Notes under the pieces: generated by a model | What the model saw: only the letters and a program-made list of their open reading frames with translations | The model's database searches: none | Told to the model about the DNA's origin: nothing | Shown here: piece by piece, positions 1 to 18,278 of the stretch | Position numbering within the stretch: position 1 is the first letter of the stretch | How the letters are laid out: every line of letters starts with the position of its first letter | Position numbers and translations under genes: made by a program | From: an uncultured Acidobacteriota bacterium | Lineage (GTDB): Bacteria > Acidobacteriota > UBA6911 > RPQK01 > JAPXNP01 | DNA length: 64,000 nt | Direction: 5' to 3' | Assembly (NCBI GenBank): GCA_963777605.1 | Contig: CAVZRV010000035.1 | Span: 256,001-320,000, forward strand

Positions 1-2343
1 GAATTACACCAGGAACCAGAAATCAGAAACCAGAAACTCACACTTCTCCTCGTCCTGACCTTGCTCTGGGCCTTCTCCGGAATCGCAATTGCCGCCGGAA
101 GTGCGAGGGTGATGGTCGTCGTCAACCAGGCCAGCCCTGATTCCCTGTTGGTCGGGGGCCTCTACACCGAAAAGAGACAACTGGCCCCGGAACAGGTCTG
201 CCATATCAATACGGATCCATCGCTGGCGGTGACCCGGCGAACTTACGAGAAGGAGATCCGGGATCCCATCGCCGACTGCCTGCTCTCGCGGGAGTTGCAG
301 GACCGGGTTCTTTACCTGGTTACAACAGCCGGAGTTCCACTCTGGATCAAGGGCGACCCCGGCCCGGTTGGAGATCTGTCATCGGTCGACTCCGAGCTGA
401 CTCTGCTCTACCGCCACCTGGTCGGACAGCGCACCCCGGTAATGAGCCGGGTGGTCAACCCGTACTTTCAAATGGATATTGAGCGGAGACAGGTGGAACC
501 GTTCAACCGGAAAGACTGGGACCTCTACCTGGTAACCCGGCTCGACTGCAGCGGCTCGAGCGAGTGCGCCCAACTCATCGAACGCGGTGAAGTTGAGTCA
601 TCGTCGGGAGCTTTCGGATTCGACCTCCCCTCCCAGCAGCAGAGCCAGATCGGCTTGTGGTTCGAAGAAACCGCGGGACGGCTCCGGCGACAGAAGCAGG
701 AAGTGGTGCTGGAAGATACCTCCGCGCCGCTGACTCTTGAACAACCGGCACTCGGCTACTGCGCTCTCGAGCAACAGAATGAAACCGCCTCGATTCCCGT
801 AATCAGGTGGGCCCCGGGCGGGCTTGGCGTCCTTCTCGGGGATACCTGGAGCGCGCTGGTGTGCCGTTCGAGGGAATCCGACACGGAGAAAGGGTCCTGT
901 CCTCCGAACCTGGTCGAGGAACTGGTCGCCTCCGGGTCAACCGGAGCCATCTTCAATGTCTCCGATCCCACAACCGACGGATTCGTTCGTCCCCAGATTC
1001 TTTTCCCGGCCTACCTGGCCGGCTACAACCTGGCCGAGAGTGCCTATCGGGCGACCCGCTACCTGAGCTGGCACCAGGTCGTAGTGGGCGATCCGCTGGC
1101 CCGCATTGCGAAGGCTCCCGCGAAATCGGACTGGGTGGACGCGGTCGATGAGACGACCGGGTTGCCCCGCGATTACTCCCAGCGGCGGTTCGAATTCCTG
1201 CGGCGTCGCTACGCGACCAGTGAAGAAGCCCTGAGATTCTTGCTTCGGGCCGAAGCCGCGGCGAATCGCCTCGGCCTGCAACGCCAGGTCGCGGACGCAA
1301 TCGACAAGGGCTCGGACAGCCCAGGAGATGTCACCAACGGCGCGGCGTCCGCCACAGCCAGCACCGGAAATTTGGTGCCAAACAACCCGGATTCGAGCGA
1401 ACTTGATTCGATTCTCACATTGGTCGACGACTGCCTGACGAGGGACCCATCCATCACCGAGGCGGTCGAAATGAGGGCCGGAATTCTTCTGTTACGGGAG
1501 CAGTGGGAAGAGGCGTTCAAAGCGCTTGAAGAAGTTATCCGGCTCCACGGGGGAGATGAGGCCGACCTTCATCTCCGCCTCGCCCAACTGGCTCTTGATC
1601 ACCTCCAGGATTGGGAACGCGCGGCGCCCCACGCCGAGTGGCTGTTCTCCAGGTTCGGATACAGTGACCCCCAGGTTGTCCAGTTGTGGGCACGTGTCCA
1701 GGCGCTGAGCGGGAAACCGGACCAGGCCGAGGCGGCATACCTGAGAGTGGTCAAAGGAGGGACTCCAGCACCGGCCTACGCCCTTGAGGGATTGGGTGAC
1801 GTCTATGCGGCCAAGGGCGACGCGAAGCTGGCAGAACAGTATTACCGTCGCGCCGAAGAACAGGGCAATGCCTTGACGGTTGCCCGGATTGAGAGCAAGG
1901 TCGGGAAACTTCAACCCCCCGGGCACCAGGTTATCGAAGCCCGGGAGGATACGAACACCGATGCTGGACAAGCACCCGCTTCAATTCAGGCAATCGACGC
2001 CGGTGCGGAATCGGTCGAGCCGGTGAAGGAGTCGCCGGCGAAACCTGCGGAGGAGAACATTTCGAGTCTGAACCGACCGGCCCGGGTGGTCGCACGAACC
2101 CCCATCGAGTTCCCCCGTAAGGCCGAAAAGGAGTGGCGCTCGGGCCGCATCGTTTTGCGCCTGATGATCGACGAGCGAGGCCAGTTGGTGAACGTCGAGC
2201 CCGTCATGGGGGACGACAAGGTTCTCCTGCGAGCGGCCGAACAGGGAGTGCACCGATGGCGCTTTGAACCGAAGCTCGTTAACGGCCGCCCCGAGGTTGA
2301 CTCCATCAACGTCGTAATCGACTTCGAACTGACGGAGAAATGA
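1..2343 (+). CDS. TIGR03790-family (exosortase-associated) protein fused to TPR repeats and a C-terminal TonB_C domain; 5' end lies before the window
   Basis: Frame is open from base 1, with a hydrophobic signal (LTLLLVLTLLWAFSGIAIA). Motifs VVVNQASPDS, YLVTTAGVPL, SSVDSELTLL, NPYF, YLVTRLD, GYNLAESAY and SWHQVVVGDPL match TIGR03790. The middle is TPR-like helices. The C-terminus (PIEFPRKAEKEWRSGRIVLRLMIDERG...WRFEP...NGRP) is TonB_C-like. Confidence 0.8.
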   Translation, partial: ELHQEPEIRNQKLTLLLVLTLLWAFSGIAIAAGSARVMVVVNQASPDSLLVGGLYTEKRQLAPEQVCHINTDPSLAVTRRTYEKEIRDPIADCLLSRELQDRVLYLVTTAGVPLWIKGDPGPVGDLSSVDSELTLLYRHLVGQRTPVMSRVVNPYFQMDIERRQVEPFNRKDWDLYLVTRLDCSGSSECAQLIERGEVESSSGAFGFDLPSQQQSQIGLWFEETAGRLRRQKQEVVLEDTSAPLTLEQPALGYCALEQQNETASIPVIRWAPGGLGVLLGDTWSALVCRSRESDTEKGSCPPNLVEELVASGSTGAIFNVSDPTTDGFVRPQILFPAYLAGYNLAESAYRATRYLSWHQVVVGDPLARIAKAPAKSDWVDAVDETTGLPRDYSQRRFEFLRRRYATSEEALRFLLRAEAAANRLGLQRQVADAIDKGSDSPGDVTNGAASATASTGNLVPNNPDSSELDSILTLVDDCLTRDPSITEAVEMRAGILLLREQWEEAFKALEEVIRLHGGDEADLHLRLAQLALDHLQDWERAAPHAEWLFSRFGYSDPQVVQLWARVQALSGKPDQAEAAYLRVVKGGTPAPAYALEGLGDVYAAKGDAKLAEQYYRRAEEQGNALTVARIESKVGKLQPPGHQVIEAREDTNTDAGQAPASIQAIDAGAESVEPVKESPAKPAEENISSLNRPARVVARTPIEFPRKAEKEWRSGRIVLRLMIDERGQLVNVEPVMGDDKVLLRAAEQGVHRWRFEPKLVNGRPEVDSINVVIDFELTEK

Positions 2344-2460
2344 GAGACAGGAGACAGGAGACAGAACAGGAAGGGATTGTTGACTGTTTCTGGATTCAGG
2401 ATTCAGGATTCAGGATTCGGTTCCAGGATTCGGAATTCTGAATTCGGGATTCTGAATTCT
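2344..2460. repeat. Heptamer tandem repeats (GAGACAG x3; GGATTCA/GAATTCT-type array)
   Basis: Read directly: gagacaggagacaggagacag, then ggattcaggattcaggattcaggattc... Confidence 0.85.
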
Positions 2461-2507
2461 CGTTATTAGGAGCTTGGATGGTTGGACGGGATCGAGAAAG
2501 CGGACGG

Positions 2508-2600
2508 AGGCCCCTGAAGGGGGCCATGGTTTCAGCCCACGCTTTAGCCTGGGAAAAGCTTGGGCCTACCCACCGCCCCGGCCCTGAAGGGGTCGACCGA
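2508..2600. repeat. REP-like palindromic element (CCCTGAAGGG family)
   Basis: ggcccctgaagggggcc...tcagccc...gcctggg...gccctgaagggg; homologous to elements at about 39810-39950, 50870-50955 and 53375-53460. Confidence 0.7.
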
Positions 2601-2699
2601 TCAACAGTATCGCGGTACCCTCATGGGGCTCCTCAGCGCGCATTCAGAGGTACTCCGACTAGCCTGACACCCCATCCCGCGTAAAATGGGAGAAGAATT

Positions 2700-5011
2700 A
2701 TGATTCGACACTATAGTTTCTTAGTGCTTCTGATGTTGGCGGTCCTGGCGGGCTGCTCCTCTGACCCGATTGCACAGCGGGACGAGTACTTCAAGAGCGG
2801 CCAGGCATACCTTGAGAAAGGTCAGTACGAAGAGGCGACCATCCAGTTCCTGAACGCCCTCAAAGCCGACGGCTCCTACGCGCCGGCTCGGATGGCCCTG
2901 ATTGAGACCTACGAGAAGTCGGGCAACCTCCGCAACGCCATCGTCGAACTCCGGAAGGTGATTGAAGCCGACCCGGCGAACGTGGACGCCAAGCTCAAGC
3001 TGGGACGGTACTACCTGGCGGCCGGGACCCAGGACTCTCAGTACTTCGAAGAGGCCCAAAGACTCGCGGAGGAAGTCCTCAAGACCGACCCGAACAATGT
3101 CCAGGGGCACATCCTGCTGGGCAACGCCTATGCCGGCATGCAGGACTTCGACCGATCCATTGAGGCGCTGCAGGAGGCCCTCAAGAGCCGACCCGGGCAA
3201 CATCGACGCCTATCTCAACATGGGTGCCGCGCGTTTCGGCCAGAAGGACTCGGCCGCTGCCGAAGCCGCCTTTAAGGAGGCGGTCAGAGCAGAACCCCAA
3301 CTCGGCGAAGGCCTACCTGGGTCTGGGAAACTTCTACCTCTTCTCGGGCCGCATCGACGAAGGAGAGCAGGCGTTCAGAAAGGCGTTTGAACTGGAGCCA
3401 GGCAGCCCTGCGCCGCTGCTCGCCCTGGTTCGCCTCTACATGGCAAAGGGGAGTCCCGACAAAGCGGCCCAGGTTTTCGAAGACGCCGCCAAGGCCGCTT
3501 CAGATCCGACTCCTATTCGACTGATGCAGGCCAACTTCCTGGTCTCGCAGCGACAGTTCGACCGGGCCGCCGAGTTGCTCCAGGGTCTGCAGGAGAAGGA
3601 CCCGGGAAATCGGGATGTCACCCTGCAACTGGCCGAACTTCGCCTCATCCAGAACAAGCCAGAGGAAGCCGCTCCCCTGGTCGATTCCGTACTCGAGAAG
3701 AATGACCGGGACGCCAACGCCCACTACCTCAAGGCGCGCATCCTGCTGACGAAACAGGACTTCGCTCCGGCTCTGACGGAAGTCAGCCGGGCCATCGAAC
3801 TCGATCCTACCCTGGTTGCCCCCCACCTCCTCCAGGCCGACCTGCTCCAGCAGAAAGGGCAACTGGCGGACGCGGAAAAGGCGGCCCGGGCCGCCCTCGA
3901 ACTGAACCGGAACAACCCCGACGCGCGGGCTCGGGTGGCCAAAATGCTGGCCCTTCAAAAGAAATCCCAGGCCGACCTGGAGATGGCGCTCAGCGAAGCG
4001 AATGACGTGCTGTCCCAGTTCCCCAACAACATCGACGCACTCTCGGCAGGGCCGAAGCACTGCTCGCACTCGGTCGACTGCCGGAGGCGCGCCGCGACTT
4101 CGAGGCCCTCGACAAGGCCCGGCCCGACAACCCCTTCTACATCCACCGGCTGGGTATTTTGGCAGCACTCGAAGGCAAACCCGAAGAGGCCCTCTCCTAT
4201 TTTCGGCGCGCCCTTGCCAATATCCCGAACGTTACCGATGCACTGAACGACATGGTGGCCGTTCTGGTTCAGGAGAAACGCTACGACGAAGCGATTCGGG
4301 AGCTGGACCAGCTTTCCAGCCAAGTCGGACAAGAAGCAGATCTATCTCGTGCTGAAGGGCCGCGTCTACATGGCCAAGGGGGATTACGCCCAGGCGGAGA
4401 AAGAACTTCGGGAGGCGGTCGCCGTCAGTCCCGACGACTATCAACCCTACCTGTTGCTGGGCGAACTGATGATGGCCCAGAAGAAGCTTCCTGAAGCGAT
4501 CAAGGAAGTGGACGAACTGATCGCCAAGAACAACCAGTTCGCGCCGGCCTATCTCCTCAAGGCTTACTACCTGGATGCCTCGGGCAAACGGTGCCGAGGC
4601 CGTTCAGTTCTATCGCAAGAGCCTGGAGTTCTTTCCCGAAGACAGCCCGGGTTACGGGGCGGCCGCCAATAACCTGGCCTGGCTGCTTGCGAGCCGGGGC
4701 GAGAGACCTGACCGAGGCCTTGAGCCTGGCCCAGCGGGCCCGACAAGATCGACGGCCAGAACGCGCACTATGCCGACACGCTCGGCTACATCTACTACAA
4801 GATGGGCAATTACACGCTCGCCGTGGACCAGTACGAGTTCTCCGTCAACCAGGGTGAGCCTCAGGCCCAGCACTACTACCGGCTCGGCATGGCCTATTTC
4901 AAGAAGGGCGACAGCATCCACGCCAAGCAGACCCTCCGCAAGGCGCTCGAGATGTCGCAGAACTTCGACGGCGTCGCCGAAGCAAAGACCACCCTGGCGG
5001 AAATAGGGTAG
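2700..5011 (+). CDS. PEP-CTERM-system TPR-repeat lipoprotein (PrsT-like), split by several probable sequencing frameshifts
   Basis: Lipobox LAGC follows the signal peptide. TPR repeats continue across ORF pieces 2700-3275, 3224-4246, 4159-4494, 4349-4672, 4575- and 4802-5011, including the typical AANNLAWLLA and YADTLGYIYY. A PEP-CTERM gene lies downstream. Confidence 0.8.
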
Positions 5012-5297
5012 GAGCGACCAGGAACCAGCCCCCTAAACGCCGACAAGCAGCCGGCATAACCACGCCAGGGAGAGATCGCGGAAGGCGCTCGAGCTTTCGG
5101 CTGATTTCGACGGCGCTGCCGAGGCACGGAGTACGCTGGCGGAAAATGGATGATTCAAGGGTTTCGAGGTTCCGGGGTTTCAGGTTTCCGGTGCCTGGGG
5201 CTTGGTTTTTGGGTATTGGGGATCGGCTTCTTCGAGGGGGTCGTGCAGCCCGACACCGGCTTCGGGCTGAGCACCGCTTCTGGCGAGGCGTTATGAA

Positions 5298-5380
5298 GTA
5301 GCCCAGGACGCAGCCGAAGGCGTAGTCCTGGGTCAACTCAGTGAACGGCCCCGAGCCCGACCCGGTCGGGCGGCATGTCA
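5298..5380. repeat. REP-like hairpin element
   Basis: gtagcccaggacgcagccgaaggcgtagtcctgggt resembles gtagcccaggatgcagcgaagcggagtcctgggt inside the 48.7/50.6/53.1 kb repeats. Confidence 0.65.
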
Positions 5381-5583
5381 GCTCCGACACAGGCCGATCC
5401 TCCTGACCGCCCCGCCGACGCCGGCCTGAGGAGAACGACCGTTTTCCGCGTCTCACTGCTCGTGCTGAGGAATCTTTCGTTGGAACGCACCAATTGGGAG
5501 TGTGTGAACAGGAACCCGGAACGTTGAACCAGGAACCCGCCGGCAAACCTCGGGACCTATCATTACTTCTGGCTTTCAAGCCC

Positions 5584-5600
5584 TGTAATCTTTTCCGACA
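5584..5600 (+). promoter_or_regulatory. Putative enhancer (PEP-CTERM box, bEBP site) TGTAATCTTTTCCGACA
   Basis: 17-bp TGT..ACA dyad about 110 bp upstream of a sigma-54 promoter; recurs upstream of the other PEP-CTERM genes and of wzc. Confidence 0.75.
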
Positions 5601-5709
5601 CTTTCCCTCCATTTACAGAGAATCGCCAAATTCCATAGTACCCACTTCATTGCCGTAACCTGCAGATTCTAATTCTCTTGTGGCTCTGTGTAATGCACAT
5701 TCAGAACTC

Positions 5710-5725
5710 TGGCATGGATCATGCT
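5710..5725 (+). promoter_or_regulatory. Sigma-54 -24/-12 promoter TGGCATGGATCATGCT
   Basis: GG-N10-GC spacing with TGGCA, about 35 bp before ATG 5760. Confidence 0.75.
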
Positions 5726-5759
5726 GCAAGTTAAAGGAGAAAACGGAGTTTGTCTTCTT

Positions 5760-6377
5760 ATGAATAGAAAATCCTCTCTCGCCTTAATTGCCCTGTTGTT
5801 TCTTTGCCTGACGCCAGCAATGGCGGATCCGGTGTTCTATTTCAACTCATCCAGTCTTGACGGAAACACAACACTCGATGGATCCCAGTTCAAGTTGACG
5901 ATCTCAAGTGAGGCAGGAGGGACACAGATCGGTTTCTTGTTCTCCAATCTTGGACCTGTGGCTTCCAACCTTACAGAGATTTACTGGCATGACTCTCTGA
6001 GATTACTGAATGGCTACGTGACCCCACTCCAAACTGGTTGGAGCGACTCTGCCAGTCCAGGACATCTGCCGGGTGGCAACCCGTCTGATGCTTACTGGAG
6101 CCCTGAAGCGGATGTGGGCAGCGACGCTTCGGCAGGTCTCTCGCCAGGAGAGTCGGCGAAGTTCTTCTTTTACTTGGCTGGAAACCATACTCCTGCGGAT
6201 GTAGCTGGAGCGATCGCAAGCGGAGCGATGCCGATTGGAATCCATGTTCGCAGTATTGACGGTGGTTATGTGGTGAAGAGTGACAGTGATGCTTTTCTTC
6301 TTCGCGTCCCGGAGCCGGGCACTCTGTTTCTCTTGGGTTTTGGACTGCTGGGCCTTGGCCTGAAACGCCGAATCTAG
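5760..6377 (+). CDS. PEP-CTERM sorting-domain protein 1
   Basis: Signal peptide MNRKSSLALIALLFLCLTPAMA; C-terminus VPEPGTLFLLGFGLLGLGLKRRI; GGAG at about 5745. Confidence 0.93.
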   Translation: MNRKSSLALIALLFLCLTPAMADPVFYFNSSSLDGNTTLDGSQFKLTISSEAGGTQIGFLFSNLGPVASNLTEIYWHDSLRLLNGYVTPLQTGWSDSASPGHLPGGNPSDAYWSPEADVGSDASAGLSPGESAKFFFYLAGNHTPADVAGAIASGAMPIGIHVRSIDGGYVVKSDSDAFLLRVPEPGTLFLLGFGLLGLGLKRRI

Positions 6378-6417
6378 TCGCAGTCGCCTCTCTGCACTAT
6401 CAGAACTGCTGATGATC

Positions 6418-6456
6418 ACGGCCGGTTGCTCTCCAGGGTAGCCGGCCGTTTCCTTT
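6418..6456 (+). terminator. Intrinsic terminator after PEP-CTERM gene 1
   Basis: Stem acggccggttgc/gtagccggccgt followed by ttccttt. Confidence 0.65.
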
Positions 6457-7085
6457 GAGAATTCGCGAGGCTTCAAGGCTCTCGGAGTGTCGAGTCCTGG
6501 CTCTAACGGTTACAGATAGGCAGGGCCGTCCGATCGGCGGGAAGTATTCAGCGGGGAAACTGTTGCGCGAAGCGTGGAAAGGACGGACCGAGGCCGGAAG
6601 TTTCGGTACGCGAATGCAATGAGCGCGACGCCTGATCGACTCAACCGCCAGACCTGGATCTGGCTTCGAACCCTGATGGATTCGGCTTTCGGCAGCACTG
6701 GTATTGGTTATTGAGCTTCCGGAGAAGCGCTCATTACCACTCGCGTACTTGTTCGCGGAGGTTCCTGCCGCGCAGACTCCTAGCTGGCCCCCGAGCAGAA
6801 AGGAAAACCAAACCCGGGAAATCTCTTTGACTCGGATTCAGAATAGATCGTAATCAAGGTGGGGAATTTTATTGGCCAAATTCTGGGGAAAAGTCATTGG
6901 CCAGTCGGACCCGCTCAAGGGCCGGGCGGGCAACGCGCCTTTCAGACCTCACCCGGGAATCGGGCAGACAAGAGCACTGCAATCTGTGGTTGTCCAGCCC
7001 GAACGATACGTGGACGCGAGTAAACCCCTGTGTCAGAATTCTCGACAATCGGCAACGGAGATACGATCCGGAGGGGCCGGCCGGG

Positions 7086-10000
7086 TTACGACCGGGATTG
7101 GATCTGCTGGAGGACCTGCCCAACTCTTTGGCGAACGAGCGGGCGTAGGGTTCTTTGAGGAGGGCCCGGGTGGAACCCGGGATTTCGATGACCTGGATTC
7201 GGCCGGTGACGATTTCACTCCAGCCGAGGTCGGGGGCGAAGGAGCAGAGCAGAGGCTGGCGCTTCGTTCGGAAAACCACCAAATCTCCAGGGTAGCTGCC
7301 CGGCGGCAAATACCCGGCAAGGGCATCGCGGTGGGCCCGGGCAACTCGTGACTGCCGCATTTCGTGGGTGGTCGGGACTCCCCCGCTGTCGAGACGGGCC
7401 AGGTCATGTTCGTCGATGACCTGGCGTGCCTTGGCCTTGAGTTTCAACTTGGCAGACTGGAGGAGGGTCACCGGCCGCAGGCTGCGAGCCATCCGCGACA
7501 CCAGGACCTCTCGACGGAGGAGCTCGTGAAACCGGAAAACGGACTTGGCGTAGCCCAGCCGCGCCAGCTCGGCGATCCAATAAGGAAGGTTACGGAGAAG
7601 ACGGAGAGGGAAACGGGGACTCCAGTGGATCGAGTGGTAGCTCGATCCCGGAGCCGCGCAGTTGATGACCGCCGTCAACGCGACCTCCTCACCTGCGACC
7701 CGCAGTTGGCGAGCCATCTTGAACGCAGTCACCGAACCCGGACCATATCCACCCAGATAGTAGGGGCCGGTCGGCTGGATTCCCTGGATCGCTTCGATGT
7801 ACTCGGCCGCCATATCCTCGATTCGATCGCTGGGACTTCCAATCCCATCCAGGCCTCGGGCTCTCAGTCCATAGAACGGCTGTTCATCATCCAGGTACTT
7901 CGTCCAGATCCCGAATCCCACCACGTCGCCGCAGAACGGATGAATACAAAAGAAGGGCGGTCTCCATCCGGACGGCCGGATTGAAACCAGGGCTGGCCAG
8001 CGGGCCAGTCCCTTCTGGCGTTCGATAGCCTGGGCCACCCCTTCAACGGTCGGATTCTGGAAGAACAGTGCCAGCGGGAGATTCACCCCCAATTCCGACT
8101 CAACCCTGTACAGGAACCGGACCGCGAGCAGCGAATGGCCTCCGCAGTCAAAAAAGTTCTCTCCGGTCCCCGACGAGCCGGCTCCGAGAAGTTCCTGCCA
8201 GATCCGCAAGACTTTCTTCTCGAGATCGGAATGGGCTTCCGATCCGGATCGTTCGCTTCTGGACTGTCTCACCCGCTCCTCTGCAAGGGCGGCCCGGTCG
8301 ATCTTTCCCCGCGGAGTAAGCGGGATTCGTTTCGAGGAAGGTGAATGCAGACGGAACCAGGGCGCGGGGAAGAAATCGTCCGACGTGCCGGCGAAGCTCG
8401 CGGTGTCCAGGCTCCGGCCCGGTTCAACGACTACATATGCCACCAGGATCGGCTGCCCGTCGCTGCCTGGCTCCCCGAGGACGACACTCGAGCGCACGTC
8501 GCGATGGCGGGCAATGACCGCAGAAATCTCGGCCGGCTCAACCCCCGGATTCCACGGATCTTGAGCTGATCGTCATTCCGCCCGAGGAAAAGCGCCTACC
8601 GTCGGGCAGGTACCGACCCAGGTCTCCCGTCCGGTAGACGGGGTCAGCGTCCCGGTCTCGAAGCGGGTTCGTTATAAAGGCGGCTTCGCGGTCGAGAGGA
8701 CTTCCAATGTAGCCCCCGGCGATGTGGGGGCTCCTGACCAGGATCTCCCCCAGCTCACCCATCCCGGCGAGCGCTCCACACGGGTTCAGAACCAGGAGCT
8801 GAACATCGGGTATGCCGCGCCCAACTCGGCAGGACCTCGCTCTCCTGGTAGAGGCCCTGTCCCGGGGGAATCTCGAAGATGCCAACCGCTCTCTGGGTCT
8901 CAGTAGAGCCATAGGAATTGACGAAAGTGGCAGAGGAGGCGAACTGCCGCATGCGATTCACGAGATCGCCGGTCAGGCGGTCCCCGACGAAATAGACATA
9001 GCGGAGGCCGTCCAGGCTGCGCGACTCGTCAATCCCCTCAATCAGGATCTGGCTCATCGCCGGGGTGAGGTGGGCAAAAGTGATCCCATCGCGGATCAGC
9101 CAGTCAGCCAGCCGCCCGATTCCGTCAAGCAGGTCCGGACCGGGAATACAGATCCGGGCGCCCACCCAGAGCGGAGTGAATATCTCCCGCTGAAGGGGGT
9201 CAAAAGCGAGTCCCGAAAGCATGCTGAAACGATCTTCCGCCCGCAAACCAAACGATTCCGTCATCCAGGGGAGGAAGTGGGAGAGAGAACCGTGAAGCCC
9301 TCGTACCCCTTTGGGCCGGCCTGTGGACCCAGACGTGAAGGTCACATATGCAAGGTCACCGGCCGTCAGCACGACTTCCGGGAGAGTATCCGGCTGGCTA
9401 TCCAGGGCTTCTCCGATACCCAGTGCCGATCCTGTACCGGTCGGGATCGTGTCCACCCAGGGAACAAGGCTACTCACCTCACCCGGAAGTTCGGCGTCGG
9501 AAATCGAGAGCAGTCCTTTCGGTCGAGCCTGGCGCACGTACTCGGCCAGGCGCTCGGGAGGATAGGCCGGATCGAGGATCAGGAACGCCGCTCCCGCTTT
9601 CAGGATCCCGAGGACGGCCCAGACCAGCGCTGCACTTCGCGATGCCCATATGCTGATCACCTCACCCCTGGCCACTCCACGATTAAGCAGGTAGCGCGCC
9701 AGCCGGTTGGAGGCGACTTCCAGTTCCCGGCAAGTCCAGTCCTTCTTCGGGTCGGAGACGATGATCCGGGCCGGCTCCTCGGCGGCCCACCGGCTCAAGG
9801 GGCTGAAGACCGGGCCCTTCCAGTCGTCCTCCAACTCGGCCTGGGGGTCGGGCAGGAGCGATCGGAAGGTTGGTGTAACCAGTGAATAGTCCCCCACGTC
9901 GTGACCCGGGTCCCGTTCGATATCCTCCAGCAGGTGGCAGTACTGGCCCAGTAACTCCTCCATCCGCTCCCGGGAGAACAGGTCGGCGTTGAAAACAACG

Positions 10001-11272
10001 GAAATCTCGATCTCAGGCCCGGCGTCGGCAACGTAGAACGTGAAGTCAAAATTGGCGTTAGCATGCTCCAGGGGCAGTCTCCACCTCCAACTCACCAAGC
10101 CGCGGCTGATAGTCGGGAAGGGCCAGCATGTTGAAGGCAACCTGGAACAGGGGAGTCCGTCTCAGATCCCGTTCCGGGTGGAGTTCCGCCAGGACTTTCT
10201 CGAACGGCAGTTCCTGGTTGGCCAGGGCCCGAAGAGTGGCGGTGCGGACCCGCTCCAACAACTGGAGGAACGTCGGTCGCCCGGTCAGATCGGCTCTCAC
10301 GACCAGGTTATTCACAAAAAAGCCGACGAGGTTCTCGATCTCTTCCCGATTCCGGTTGGCCACCGGCACCCCAACCCCAAAATCTTCCTGGCCGCTTACC
10401 CGGCTGAGAAGAACTTCAGCGCAGCCATCATCGTCATAAACAGGGTCGCGCCCTGGTCCCGGCTCAATTCCTTCAGCCGTCCCGTTAAATCCTCAGCAAT
10501 CCGCATCCGCTATCGCACCCCGGCGACCCTGAACCGCAGGGCGAGGCGTCCACGGGAGCTGGAGAACGAGCAAATTCGGACAATTCTTCCCGCCAAAGAC
10601 AAGGTGGGGTTCCACTCCTCGCCCTGGAGCCAGTCCCGCTGCCAGAAAGCAAAATCACTGTACTGATCGGGGGCGGCGCCAGAACATCACGTCGGTCCAC
10701 CCGACTCCAGCGCAGCGTAAATTTCGGAGACTTCCCGCCAAAAGACACTCAGCGACCAGCCGTCCCAAGAGATGTGATGCATTACCAGAAGAAGCACGTA
10801 TTCCTCGGCCGCGAACTTGAGCAGCCGGCCGCGAAAAGTCGGTTCCGCCTCGAGGTCGAATGGCCGAACGCTCTTCCGCCGCCCAGGTGCGGACCGTTCT
10901 TTCTGCTCTTCGGGAGAGAGGCCTTCGAGATCGACTCGAGGCAATTCGAATGCCCATTCGGAGAGGACCTCCTGGGACGGATTCCCCTCGTGGGAGAAGT
11001 AACGGGTCCGAAGGACCTGGTGTCGCCGGACGACTTCCTCGAGGCTCCTGAGAGAAGCCCCTCGTCCAGCCGGCCTCGAATGGGACCAACTCAACAATGT
11101 GAAAGTGCCCGTGCAGGCCAAATTGCTCCAGGAACCACATCCGTTCCTGGAGAAGGAGAGCGGCAGGGGGCCCGAACCACCGCGGGGGCTGATCGAGCTT
11201 CGCGCAGACAGTCCCTCCTTCGAGGCCAGTGCCTCAAACAACTGCCACTGCTCGCAGCCGGCGGACGCGACT

Positions 11273-11276
<4 letters not shown>
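7086..11276 (-). CDS. NRPS gene 2: C-A(Lys2/aminoadipate-reductase-like)-T-TE(non-canonical); frameshifted
   Basis: PLSFS..MWFLEQ and MHHISWDGWS (C); YVTFTSGSTGRPKG, FDPLQREIF, YGSTETQRAV, YRTGDLGR (A); NFFDCGGHSLLA (T); PPFFCIHP..GPYYLGGYGPGS (TE fold). The GTG start overlaps the upstream stop. A TAA at 7086-7088 is the likely true stop after correcting one indel. Confidence 0.8.
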
Positions 11277-18144
<6,868 letters not shown>

Positions 18145-18278
18145 TCCCCCCCGTCGCCGGAATCAAAGGAGTGAAGCAGCAATCAATCTCCACGGGACCG
18201 CTGTCGACACACACCCGGATGGTGCTGCTTCCGCAAATGGAACGCTCCACCGACAGGAGTGCCGGAGATCGATCCCAA

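Noticed and set aside
5721-5759. Upstream ATG for PEP-CTERM gene 1
   Set aside because: It overlaps the -12 element of the sigma-54 promoter; ATG 5760 has an RBS and gives a clean signal peptide.
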